Source: Candidatus Brocadia sp.
Lineage (GTDB): Bacteria > Planctomycetota > Brocadiia > Brocadiales > Brocadiaceae
Assembly: GCA_021650915.1 (NCBI GenBank)
Contig: CP091279.1
Location: 690,001-722,000 of the forward strand
Direction of reading: 5' to 3'
Length of the DNA stretch: 32,000 nucleotides
The notes below the pieces were generated by a model that made no database searches, was not told the DNA's origin, and was given only the letters and a program-made list of their open reading frames with translations. Positions within the stretch are counted from its first letter, which is position 1. Every line of letters begins with the position of its first letter. The position numbers and the translations under genes are program-made. Positions 25,079 to 32,000 of the stretch are shown here, in pieces.

Positions 25079-27162
25079 ATTTCCACCCCCAGCGCATCAA
25101 GGTCTATTGGTTCATTTTCTTCTTTCGGTGTATCCGTTAGTTTTGAGTCGTCCGGACTGGTCTGGACTACCCCAGAGTTTTCAAAGTGGTCTGGACTGGT
25201 TACGGCATGACTGGTCTGACTGGTCTGGCTATGCGCTGGACTGCTGGACTGGTCTGTAAAATCAGGGGATTCCAGCCTTTTTTGTGGTGACTGGTCTTTT
25301 TTGTCTGGACTGGTTGTGGCCAAGTAGTCCGGTAGTCCAGGTGTATAGGCACGGACTACTGGACTGGTTACTTTGTAATGCGTCGGTTTACCCTTCCCCT
25401 GACTTTCAGAGTTCCAGTATTTACCCATTCCTTTTCTAAGCAAATAGGTAAGTTTGCCTTTGCTTTTTATGCCGATCTTGCTCTTAACAAGTTCAAAGAT
25501 GTCATTCGTTTTTAACGGTTCTTTCCCCATCAAAAGGCTGTGTATTTCTTCAATGGTCTCTATCTCAGGGTCGGGACTAAGTCTAAAACATCCCCTTTCG
25601 GTGTCAAATTCGAGGAACATATGAAAAGGTTCATATCTGGTCTTGTCTTTAGTACCTAATCTATAGTAATAATCGTCCGAATCTTCGTTATCATCTTCGC
25701 TTGCATCATCCATTGTGTAACTACCCCTTTTAACTTTATGAAAACCCAAGACATGGTCAGCAAGGTCAAATATAGCAGTACTGCCTTTATACTGCTTGTC
25801 ATTGCTTTTTACCGTATGATGCAATATTAAGATTGTAAAACCGCAGTCTCTTAACTCCTTTAACCGTTGCATTATCATAGCCATGTGCTGGCTGTCATTT
25901 TCGTCACGGCTTTGGCTTGCCCTCAATGTGTCGAATATCAGAAGGCTTCCCTCTGGTAGTTTTTTATAAAGCTCGTATTCTCTACTGTCTAACCTTGGTG
26001 GTTTTATCTCGTTTGTCGGATGCCAAAACAAGACATTGCTTGCGTCTATCCGCTTAACACGCTCGACAAGGGTAGGTAATGAATTTTCAAAGTCGATATA
26101 AACAACTTGCATCCTCGTTGTTTCAAGTCCAAGAAATGGAGTTCCCTTGCTAACGGCATCCCCCATACCAATTGAAAGTATGGTCTTACCCATACCCCCA
26201 CGTGCTGAAAGTAACGTAATGGCTTGTTGTGGTATGAGTCCTTTTACCGCCCAACTTATAGGAAGGTCTAAAACTTGAAGTTCCGCACCAACTTGTAAGG
26301 CTTTCGTAATGTCAAAGCCTGTAGTTTCGTTGCATTCCTTCGGTATCCATTCAGAAGCGTTTTTTACGGTCTCAATCAGCTTTGCCCTGTCATTATCTGG
26401 CATTCTTACCCAGTCAACGATATCCCCTTTTTCTTGGAGTCCTGGAAGCTCCACCACTTTCAGTTCCCCCACCTTACCATGCAACACATTGGCGATTCTC
26501 AAGGCATACTCCCGGCCAGGCTTATCATTGTCGGGTAGGATAATCACCTTTTTCTTGCCTTCAAAGGCTTCGAGATACCCCTCTTGCCAGGCGGAGTTAG
26601 CTCCACTGTCTAAACAGGTAGCAGTTAACCCCCAGTTAGTAAGAAGGTCGGCCTTAGCTTCCCCCTCGACAATAAAGACATACTTTGTCTTGGTAAGCTC
26701 TGGCAGTCTATACAGGACAGGATCACACCCCCTACCTAGTACCCACTTACCATCTTCCAGGTATTTAAAAACAAATTCTTTAGACCTTCCATTACGTCCC
26801 GGTTCAATCCGCTCTTTAACATAAAGCGTCTTGCCGTCCTTGTCCTTATATTCGAATTGAGCTACAACCTTTGGCTTTATATCTGATTTGATAGTCCCAA
26901 CCATTTCTCCCATCTCCAGTAAGGCCGTTGGGAAATCAACGCCCTTGAATTTTTGGTAGAATGTGAAGACATCGCCTTTACAACCACAGGCAAAGCAATG
27001 GAAAAGACCTGACTGAATATTCACGGACAAGGAGGGGTTTTTGTCCTGGTGGAAGGGGCAAAGCCCAAGTGCTTCTGCCTTGCCTTTAATCTTCAGGGAA
27101 GAGACATGCTTCTGGTAAAATTCGGAATAATTAATTTTCTCTAAGATTTGCTCTTTCTTCAT
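25075..27162 (-). CDS. Bifunctional DNA primase / RecA-like (RepA/AAA_25-type) helicase
   Basis: CHC2 zinc finger CPFHQDKNPSLSV..HCFACGCKGDVFTF. Toprim motifs FIVEGEAKADLL and ILPDNDKPGREYA. Walker A ARGGMGKT and Walker B LLIFDTL. The C-terminal tail is Ser/Pro/Thr/Asp-rich. Confidence 0.85.
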   Translation of the reverse strand: MKKEQILEKINYSEFYQKHVSSLKIKGKAEALGLCPFHQDKNPSLSVNIQSGLFHCFACGCKGDVFTFYQKFKGVDFPTALLEMGEMVGTIKSDIKPKVVAQFEYKDKDGKTLYVKERIEPGRNGRSKEFVFKYLEDGKWVLGRGCDPVLYRLPELTKTKYVFIVEGEAKADLLTNWGLTATCLDSGANSAWQEGYLEAFEGKKKVIILPDNDKPGREYALRIANVLHGKVGELKVVELPGLQEKGDIVDWVRMPDNDRAKLIETVKNASEWIPKECNETTGFDITKALQVGAELQVLDLPISWAVKGLIPQQAITLLSARGGMGKTILSIGMGDAVSKGTPFLGLETTRMQVVYIDFENSLPTLVERVKRIDASNVLFWHPTNEIKPPRLDSREYELYKKLPEGSLLIFDTLRASQSRDENDSQHMAMIMQRLKELRDCGFTILILHHTVKSNDKQYKGSTAIFDLADHVLGFHKVKRGSYTMDDASEDDNEDSDDYYYRLGTKDKTRYEPFHMFLEFDTERGCFRLSPDPEIETIEEIHSLLMGKEPLKTNDIFELVKSKIGIKSKGKLTYLLRKGMGKYWNSESQGKGKPTHYKVTSPVVRAYTPGLPDYLATTSPDKKDQSPQKRLESPDFTDQSSSPAHSQTSQTSHAVTSPDHFENSGVVQTSPDDSKLTDTPKEENEPIDLDALGVEI
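25150..25380. repeat. Iteron-like array of short direct repeats (core GGACTGG / GACTGGTCTG) inside the 3' end of the primase-helicase gene
   Basis: GACTGGTCTG occurs at 25155, 25209, 25218 and 25247, and 9/10 at 25289. TCTGGACTGG occurs at 25190 and 25304. GGACTGG occurs again at 25371. That is at least eight copies of the core in about 230 bp, encoding the repeated TSPD/QTS tail. Confidence 0.8.
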
Positions 27163-27292
27163 GGCCTATCGCCTCAATAAGAAACGTTGCGGAGTCAACG
27201 AGGGAATTTCGCTCTTTTGTAATTGGTTTTGAAGCGATTTCGTCCCTGAATGCACTCAAAAGTTTTCTTAAAATTTTTTTGGCCTTTCTCAT
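27131..27292 (-). CDS. Possible small basic protein (53 aa) at the head of the primase operon
   Basis: ATG at 27292 lies 7 nt after a strong SD (TAGGAGGCTGGGCAATG). The translation is MRKAKKILRKLLSAFRDEIASKPITKERNSLVDSATFLIEAIGHEERANLREN. It overlaps the primase start by 32 nt. It is below the ORF-track cut-off. Confidence 0.35.
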   Translation of the reverse strand: MRKAKKILRKLLSAFRDEIASKPITKERNSLVDSATFLIEAIGHEERANLREN

Positions 27293-27350
27293 TGCCCAGC
27301 CTCCTAAAGAATCTTTATTGATAATCCTTTTCCACTATTTAATAATATAA

Positions 27351-27375
27351 GTAACACATGTGTATATAGTGTTAC
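27351..27375. promoter_or_regulatory. Palindromic operator candidate GTAACA-N13-TGTTAC (site 1)
   Basis: GTAACAcatgtgtatatagTGTTAC lies in the gap between the 241-aa gene and the small-ORF/primase operon. It has the same half-sites and the same 13-nt spacing as site 2. Confidence 0.55.
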
Positions 27376-27392
27376 TAATGTGTAAAAATAAT

Positions 27393-28118
27393 TTAATCGT
27401 AGGATGTTTTCAATTTGTACAAGACAGCAGTAATCTCCTTTTTGTCTTTCTCACTAAGTTTCGGTTTCTGTATGATTTCTATAGCACTCTTTATTATGGA
27501 TTTTTTTAATTTACAAATTATGCGTTCCTCTGCTTTTTCTAAAGCCTCCAGCGTCCGTTTCGAAGCTTTTCGAGCAGCCTTGTTTTTACTCATCAATTCA
27601 AAAATTAGGTACACCTCCATTTTCATCGTCAGATCGTCTGTATTTATCAAGTCCAATAATTGAGATGTAATCGTTTTTAAAATATCTTGATTGTAATTTG
27701 GAATGTCATCAAAATCTCGAAGGTCAACATGTGGCAGAGGATTACACGATAAGTCGGCGATTAATGAATCTTTAAAATGTACTTCCAGTTCTCTTTTGTT
27801 AGACCTATGCCATTCTTTGAAATGCGTGATAAAATATTCAGTAAAATCATGGCAATTTTTTTCGTACATTTCTTTGAAATTAGGTTCAGTTCGCCATTTC
27901 CGCAAGAGACCGTAAGAAATATCCGCTAGCCTGGTTATATCTTTCGCTTGTTTGATTATATCCTTCAAGGGGAAGTTGTAAAGCATAACCAAACAAATTA
28001 AGTATTTAGAATAAGACATGCCTATAGGATCACCTTTAGGCACTCCTTTTCGAGTCGGTTCTTTGTAGTTTGAAAGTCTATCAATGATAAAATTTAACAG
28101 TAAAGTACGTTTTCCCAT
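27393..28118 (-). CDS. Hypothetical protein with a probable N-terminal HTH (candidate element regulator)
   Basis: 241 aa with an AGGAGGG SD 7 nt upstream. The segment LKDIIKQAKDITRLADISYGLLRKWRTE looks like a helix-turn-helix. The C-terminal half is helical and charged. No family was recognised. Confidence 0.6.
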   Translation of the reverse strand: MGKRTLLLNFIIDRLSNYKEPTRKGVPKGDPIGMSYSKYLICLVMLYNFPLKDIIKQAKDITRLADISYGLLRKWRTEPNFKEMYEKNCHDFTEYFITHFKEWHRSNKRELEVHFKDSLIADLSCNPLPHVDLRDFDDIPNYNQDILKTITSQLLDLINTDDLTMKMEVYLIFELMSKNKAARKASKRTLEALEKAEERIICKLKKSIIKSAIEIIQKPKLSEKDKKEITAVLYKLKTSYD

Positions 28119-28139
28119 TTTAAATCCCTCCTGATATTG

Positions 28140-28164
28140 GTAACAATATATACTAAATTGTTAC
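28140..28164. promoter_or_regulatory. Palindromic operator candidate GTAACA-N13-TGTTAC (site 2)
   Basis: GTAACAatatatactaaatTGTTAC overlaps the -10 box and spacer of the promoter of the 241-aa gene. Confidence 0.55.
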
Positions 28165-28173
28165 TATTGTCAA
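28145..28173 (-). promoter_or_regulatory. Sigma70-like promoter of the 241-aa gene
   Basis: On the minus strand: TTGACA (28173-28168), 17-nt spacer, TATATT (28150-28145), about 27 nt upstream of the ATG at 28118. Confidence 0.55.
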
Positions 28174-28225
28174 TATAAATTTTTAAGAACAATACATCTA
28201 GGGAAATGGACTTGCCAGGTATCCC

Positions 28226-29020
28226 CTATCCCTCAATTAACTTTAACATCTCAATTGCATTTCTAACCGACTTCCCTGCATGGCAATTATTGAACATAAC
28301 TAAGGTATGCCTGGTAGCGCCGGATATTTTCTTTATATCAGACACAAAAATCTTCAAATCATCGGGGGTATACAGATAGTCATACCGTTCTGCTACTGAA
28401 GCATCAAACCAATTTGCATTCCTGCCGTGAAACCTGAAATATCCAAGATCGGTTGTTGCCGTTGGATTATACGGCATGAGACCTTTGAGTTTGGGTTCAT
28501 CTACAATGCAGTATCCAATGTTGTTCTCTTTGAGAAATGTTAGACCTCTTTCGCTATGCCAGTAATAGTTTCTAAACTCTACTACCAATGGTATGTCTTT
28601 CAGTCTCTCTTTGAAAGTCAGAAGGTAGTCATAATTATCTTTTACTGCGTGAAAGCTATAGGGGAATTGAGCGAGAACTGCGGTTAGCCTGTTTTCCTTC
28701 TTTAAAGGTTCGATGGCATATAGGAAGCGATCAAAGGCATCTTTATTGTCAATGAATGCCCCTGTATCTTTATCCCGTATATCATGAGTCATTGATTTAT
28801 GCGCCTTGATGGTAAATTCAAAACCCGGAGAGGTCTTTTTAATCATGCCTTCAAAGGATTTTGGGGAGGGAATTGTATAATACGTGGAATTAATCTCCGT
28901 TATCTTAAATCCAAGCTTCTGTTCGTAAAACGGTAGCATCTCTCCCTTTTTAATATTGGCAGGACAAACAGTGCCTACCCAATCGGGAAACGAAAAACCC
29001 GAGGTACCGACTTTGATCAT
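28226..29020 (-). CDS. DUF72 (YecE-like) family protein
   Basis: The N-terminus MIKVGTSGFSFPDWVGTVCP matches the characteristic DUF72 start (GTSGWSYxxW). The 264-aa length is typical. Confidence 0.8.
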   Translation of the reverse strand: MIKVGTSGFSFPDWVGTVCPANIKKGEMLPFYEQKLGFKITEINSTYYTIPSPKSFEGMIKKTSPGFEFTIKAHKSMTHDIRDKDTGAFIDNKDAFDRFLYAIEPLKKENRLTAVLAQFPYSFHAVKDNYDYLLTFKERLKDIPLVVEFRNYYWHSERGLTFLKENNIGYCIVDEPKLKGLMPYNPTATTDLGYFRFHGRNANWFDASVAERYDYLYTPDDLKIFVSDIKKISGATRHTLVMFNNCHAGKSVRNAIEMLKLIEG

Positions 29021-29184
29021 CTTGATAACTATTCTTTATTGAAAAACCTTTTAAAGCAATAAATATAGCGTCTAAAAATTAAGGGGACATCGTTCATAAT
29101 TCATTCCATAGAATTAAGTAAACTGTCCTTGGAATTCCCACTTTAATCTTTGCCTTGACCTGTTCCATAAGCTACCTCCAAGTA

Positions 29185-29610
29185 TTAATTTCTCTGCTCT
29201 GTATCCGTGTATTTTATGACTTTGCCAGATATAGCAGTTTCCATTTGCTCTTGCTCATCTAAAACATATAAATTACCAACCGGAATAGCAACCGTCCCAC
29301 CACTTCGCATTCGCATAGTTGTTCTTATTTGAATGACTCCATCACCACCTACTTGTCGTGTTTTCTCTTCAATAATAGGAGTTATATTTTTCTCGTGAAT
29401 AATGAATCCGTTTATTTCTCCTATAACAACATAATCTCTGGTAGGCATTTTATCCCCAAAAAATAGGTCTATAGGACATCCTTCTGGCTTTGCTTGATAA
29501 TTTGTCTTTTCATAATTTACAAAAGCAAACTGATTTCTTGCCGCACTTTCAATTGTTGCACAACCACTTAATGTTAAACAAGCAGCTAATACAATTAATA
29601 TAGCCTTCAT
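29185..29610 (-). CDS. Small lipoprotein of unknown function
   Basis: Signal peptide with lipobox MKAILIVLAACLTLSGC. The GGAG-containing SD AAGGAGATG lies upstream. Confidence 0.7.
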   Translation of the reverse strand: MKAILIVLAACLTLSGCATIESAARNQFAFVNYEKTNYQAKPEGCPIDLFFGDKMPTRDYVVIGEINGFIIHEKNITPIIEEKTRQVGGDGVIQIRTTMRMRSGGTVAIPVGNLYVLDEQEQMETAISGKVIKYTDTEQRN

Positions 29611-29734
29611 TTTACATCTCCTTATATTTGTTCAGTTATCTATTTAATACAGTAACTATAGTATTACCTTATAAAATCTTTGTTTTTTTGTACGTTTTTA
29701 GACAACCCCCTGCACCTCCTTTTCTAAGGGGGAC

Positions 29735-29760
29735 TTTGGTTGCGGCTGTGCTGCGTTATG
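29735..29760. repeat. Short dispersed repeat, inverted copy of 21457-21482
   Basis: TTTGGTTGCGGCTGTGCTGCGTTATG is the reverse complement (24/26) of CATAGCGCGGCACAGCCGCAACCAAA at the left edge of the 215-bp insertion. Confidence 0.8.
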
Positions 29761-29924
29761 AATATAATGTGTAATATGAGTGTAATATAGGCATGAAATT
29801 CCATTTTCATGGAGACTGGCTGATTATGATAGCACTTTACAGGAACAAGTCAATACACATTCGTTCAGATAAAAAGACGTATGGACATATCAAAATCCTT
29901 CAAAAGTCTGAAGTTTAATAACCT

Positions 29925-29970
29925 TAAACAAAAATAGCCTGATATGCCATTTCCGACATACCAGGCTATT
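29925..29970 (-). terminator. Terminator-like hairpin in the ORF-free right arm of the element
   Basis: AATAGCCTG (29933-29941) pairs with CAGGCTATT (29962-29970), with extra inner pairing. On the minus strand it is followed by TTTTTGTTT. Confidence 0.5.
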
Positions 29971-30355
29971 GTTTAAAGCTCCGCAGATACTTAATACGCT
30001 TTGATCGCTTCTCGGATCGTCATCCTATCCCTTAATTAACAATCATCCTATTTTCACCCAGGCCTTTTTGTTTGCATACGACAGGGAAATGGATAATAGA
30101 TATATGTCAAAGAGAAAAATACCATACCCCCCTCCCATCACACAAACAAAAATACACCCGCCTTTTTATTCGCTTTCAGCGTTAATAGACGTCAGTATTT
30201 CCGTTTTTACAAAAATATTTTCAAGGCATCTTAGCCTTAGCATAAACATCATGATTATGGCTGCCTACGAATATTGTTCGGGCAATTTTTCCTTCATTAA
30301 TTTGGCAAGTATTCCTATATTAATGTTAGACATATTCGACAATTTCGGTAACTTT

Positions 30356-30379
30356 CATGTCGTACTTATGTCGTACCTG
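30356..30379. repeat. attR core
   Basis: A perfect second copy of CATGTCGTACTTATGTCGTACCTG. Confidence 0.8.
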
Positions 30380-30519
30380 ATTATAAAAACGTATCATAAC
30401 TGGTCAAAAGAGACAAGGGATAAATTGTCCTGGAAGTCCTGAGATTACAGGTTAGGTCAAAGAAAATAAAAAAACATCAAAATCCATAAAAAAGCCTTAG
30501 TAATATTTTATTGATATTA
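30369..30519. repeat. Right copy of the long direct repeat (chromosomal flank of attR)
   Basis: Identical to 21341-21460 plus 21676-21709. It lacks the 215-bp insertion. Confidence 0.9.
30380..30407 (-). promoter_or_regulatory. Near-consensus sigma70-like promoter in the attR flank, reading into the element
   Basis: On the minus strand: TTGACC (30407-30402), 16-nt spacer, TATAAT (30385-30380). The -10 box starts at the base adjacent to the att core. Confidence 0.45.
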
Positions 30520-30590
30520 TATAAAGCAACGGTAAGATAATTGAAAAGAATTGTCCCAGAAACAATGCGGAAATGAGATCAGGAGGCGGC

Positions 30591-30650
30591 ATGCCCGTTG
30601 GAAAAATCGTTCACCCGGTAGTTGTTAGCCATACGTTCGGAATGCGGTAA
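30591..30650 (+). CDS. Candidate 19-aa peptide ORF (possible RiPP-type precursor or leader peptide)
   Basis: AGGAGG (30581-30586) lies 4 nt before the ATG. The translation is MPVGKIVHPVVVSHTFGMR. Its TAA stop lies 3 nt before the radical SAM ATG. Short ORFs like this also arise by chance. Confidence 0.3.
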   Translation: MPVGKIVHPVVVSHTFGMR

Positions 30651-30653
30651 CTC

Positions 30654-32000
30654 ATGTCGGTGATTTTACTGGAACACCCACGTACAAAAAACCCAGAACG
30701 GCTTGAGGAAGTGGTTAATGCCCCTCTCTCTGCCTGTCTCTTTACTGGCTATATTGCTTCTGTCTTGCGTAAAAACTTGATAGAAGTTGAAATCGTCAAT
30801 GCCCATCTTTGCGACTGGTCGCTAGAGCAAACAGCCGTCTACCTCTCAAATAAATCCTTCCGGCTTCTGTGTGTTCATGCAAGATATCTGTGGGAAAGGA
30901 CACAGGACGTTTTTGACTTGCTTTCAACCCTGAGATCTCTGGGGGCAACAGCGCATGTCAACCTCTATGGATACTATCCCACGTTTGCCTATAAAACGAT
31001 CCTCGGACATCTTCCGTTCATTGATTCTGTGACGGTTGGCGAACCTGAAATAACGACCCTTGACCTTGCGCGGTATCTCCTGTCGGAAAAGGATGTCTCT
31101 TCGGAAATGAATATTCCGGGACTCGCCTTCAGAGATAGGGAGGGAAAGGTTGTTTTTCATCCGCGTCCACCGAACAACGATTTGGATCAACTTCCTTTTC
31201 CAGATAGACAGGACATCACCCTTTGTCAGAAAAAGGGTATCGTGACGTATATCCAGGGAAGTCGTGGATGTTACGGGCAGTGCACCTTTTGTTACCTCAA
31301 TTCATTCTATGGGGAAATAAACCAATGGCGTGGCAGAAGCGCAAAAAATATCTTTGAGGAGATTTTTGCATTAAACACAAGACACGCCATTACAAACTTT
31401 TACTTTTCAGATGCTAATTTTTTTGGTCCCGGGAAAGCCGGCCAAGAACGCGCAGTCACCCTTGCAGAACTTATCCTCTCGAATGATCTGGAGATATGCT
31501 TTGGTTTTGAGTGCCGCGCAAATGATGTTGAGGAATATTCCATTTCAAGGCTTGTTATGGCAGGTCTTACCAACGTATTTCTGGGTTTGGAGAGCGGTGA
31601 TCAGGCGTCATTGAGGCGATTGAAAAAGCACATTACCGTTGATGAAAACAAAAGGGCTATCCAGTTGTTGCGAGGGTGTGGAATTGAGCCAACCTTTGGT
31701 TTTATCATGTTTGAACCGTATTCCACCCTGGAGAGTGTGCGAAACAATTTTGAATTTCTGAAGGAAATGAATGTCATGACCACTCCCGCCGTAACGGCCC
31801 ATCTGTTGCATCACCGGCAAACCCTTTTTCAGGGAACACCTGACTATCAGATGATGATACCTGACTCACCCTGTTCTGGTCATGGTGTCTTATGCTCAAC
31901 ATATGAAACCCGCTATACGATGAAAGATCAAAAAGTTGCGGCGTTTTCAGCGGTTATTACCCGGGTATGCAGCGAGGCATTATCGTTAATTCCAACAACT
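30654..32000 (+). CDS. B12-binding-domain radical SAM protein (3' end outside window)
   Basis: The frame is open from ATG 30654 to the window end (449 codons). It carries the radical SAM cluster motif GSRGCYGQCTFCY (CxxxCxxC) and a GLESG-type motif (FLGLESGDQASL). The N-terminal ~150 aa resemble the cobalamin-binding domain arrangement of class B radical SAM enzymes. Confidence 0.8.
   Translation, partial: MSVILLEHPRTKNPERLEEVVNAPLSACLFTGYIASVLRKNLIEVEIVNAHLCDWSLEQTAVYLSNKSFRLLCVHARYLWERTQDVFDLLSTLRSLGATAHVNLYGYYPTFAYKTILGHLPFIDSVTVGEPEITTLDLARYLLSEKDVSSEMNIPGLAFRDREGKVVFHPRPPNNDLDQLPFPDRQDITLCQKKGIVTYIQGSRGCYGQCTFCYLNSFYGEINQWRGRSAKNIFEEIFALNTRHAITNFYFSDANFFGPGKAGQERAVTLAELILSNDLEICFGFECRANDVEEYSISRLVMAGLTNVFLGLESGDQASLRRLKKHITVDENKRAIQLLRGCGIEPTFGFIMFEPYSTLESVRNNFEFLKEMNVMTTPAVTAHLLHHRQTLFQGTPDYQMMIPDSPCSGHGVLCSTYETRYTMKDQKVAAFSAVITRVCSEALSLIPTT

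Larger units (their letters stand above)
21765..30379. mobile_element. Integrative element (~8.6 kb), satellite/PICI/P4-like: int, xis-like, primase-helicase, orphan methylase, cargo
   Basis: Bounded by the perfect 24-bp direct repeat CATGTCGTACTTATGTCGTACCTG. A tyrosine integrase sits at the left end with its stop codon inside the repeat. A replication and regulation module is present. No structural phage or conjugation genes are present. Confidence 0.8.

Noticed and set aside
30068-30442. The 124-aa + strand ORF spanning attR.
   Set aside because: It has a TTG start and an implausible composition. It runs across the att core into the chromosomal flank, so it would be a chimeric artefact.
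1-32000. Search for CRISPR arrays, tRNA/tmRNA genes, rRNA, retron/DGR reverse transcriptases and toxin-antitoxin pairs.
   Set aside because: I saw no regularly spaced repeat-spacer array, no tRNA-like T-arm/acceptor motif (GGTTCGAATCC..CCA) in the intergenic regions, no RT motifs (YxDD) and no recognisable TA families. Visual scanning can miss degenerate cases.

Overview
Bacterial chromosomal window with no rRNA, tRNA or CRISPR array recognised; the taxon cannot be assigned from the sequence alone. Bases 1-20.4 kb are ordinary core genes. They are the rho 3' end, glgC, a MATE exporter, a 536-aa unknown membrane protein and a transglutaminase-like lipoprotein. Next come a mitochondrial-type (type II) sulfide:quinone oxidoreductase with a DUF1641-like partner, and a metal-uptake cluster (small His/Cys-rich protein, coiled-coil beta-barrel protein, TroA/ZnuABC-type transporter). 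A TPR lipoprotein follows, then the split glycine dehydrogenase genes gcvPA and gcvPB, unusually separated by a TM-HAMP-PAS-GAF-GGDEF diguanylate cyclase. A 27-nt perfect palindrome family sits beside the gcvP genes. Bases 20.4-21.8 kb are an ORF-free, hairpin-dense region with a near-consensus promoter and several intrinsic-terminator-like hairpins, so it is a candidate ncRNA locus. It also holds a duplicated copy of the attB flank, interrupted by a 215-bp insertion. Bases 21765-30379 are an 8.6-kb integrative element bounded by a perfect 24-bp direct repeat. Its backbone is a tyrosine integrase, an excisionase-like HTH protein and a CHC2-Toprim-RecA-like primase/helicase. It also carries an orphan Dam-type methylase, twin GTAACA-N13-TGTTAC operators, an iteron-like repeat array and uncharacterised cargo. 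No capsid, terminase or conjugation genes are present, so it looks like a satellite or PICI/P4-like island. Just right of attR, a 19-codon ORF with a strong SD is tightly coupled to a B12-binding radical SAM gene that runs off the window, making a candidate RiPP-like pair. All functional calls rest on motif recognition by eye; no database search was run.
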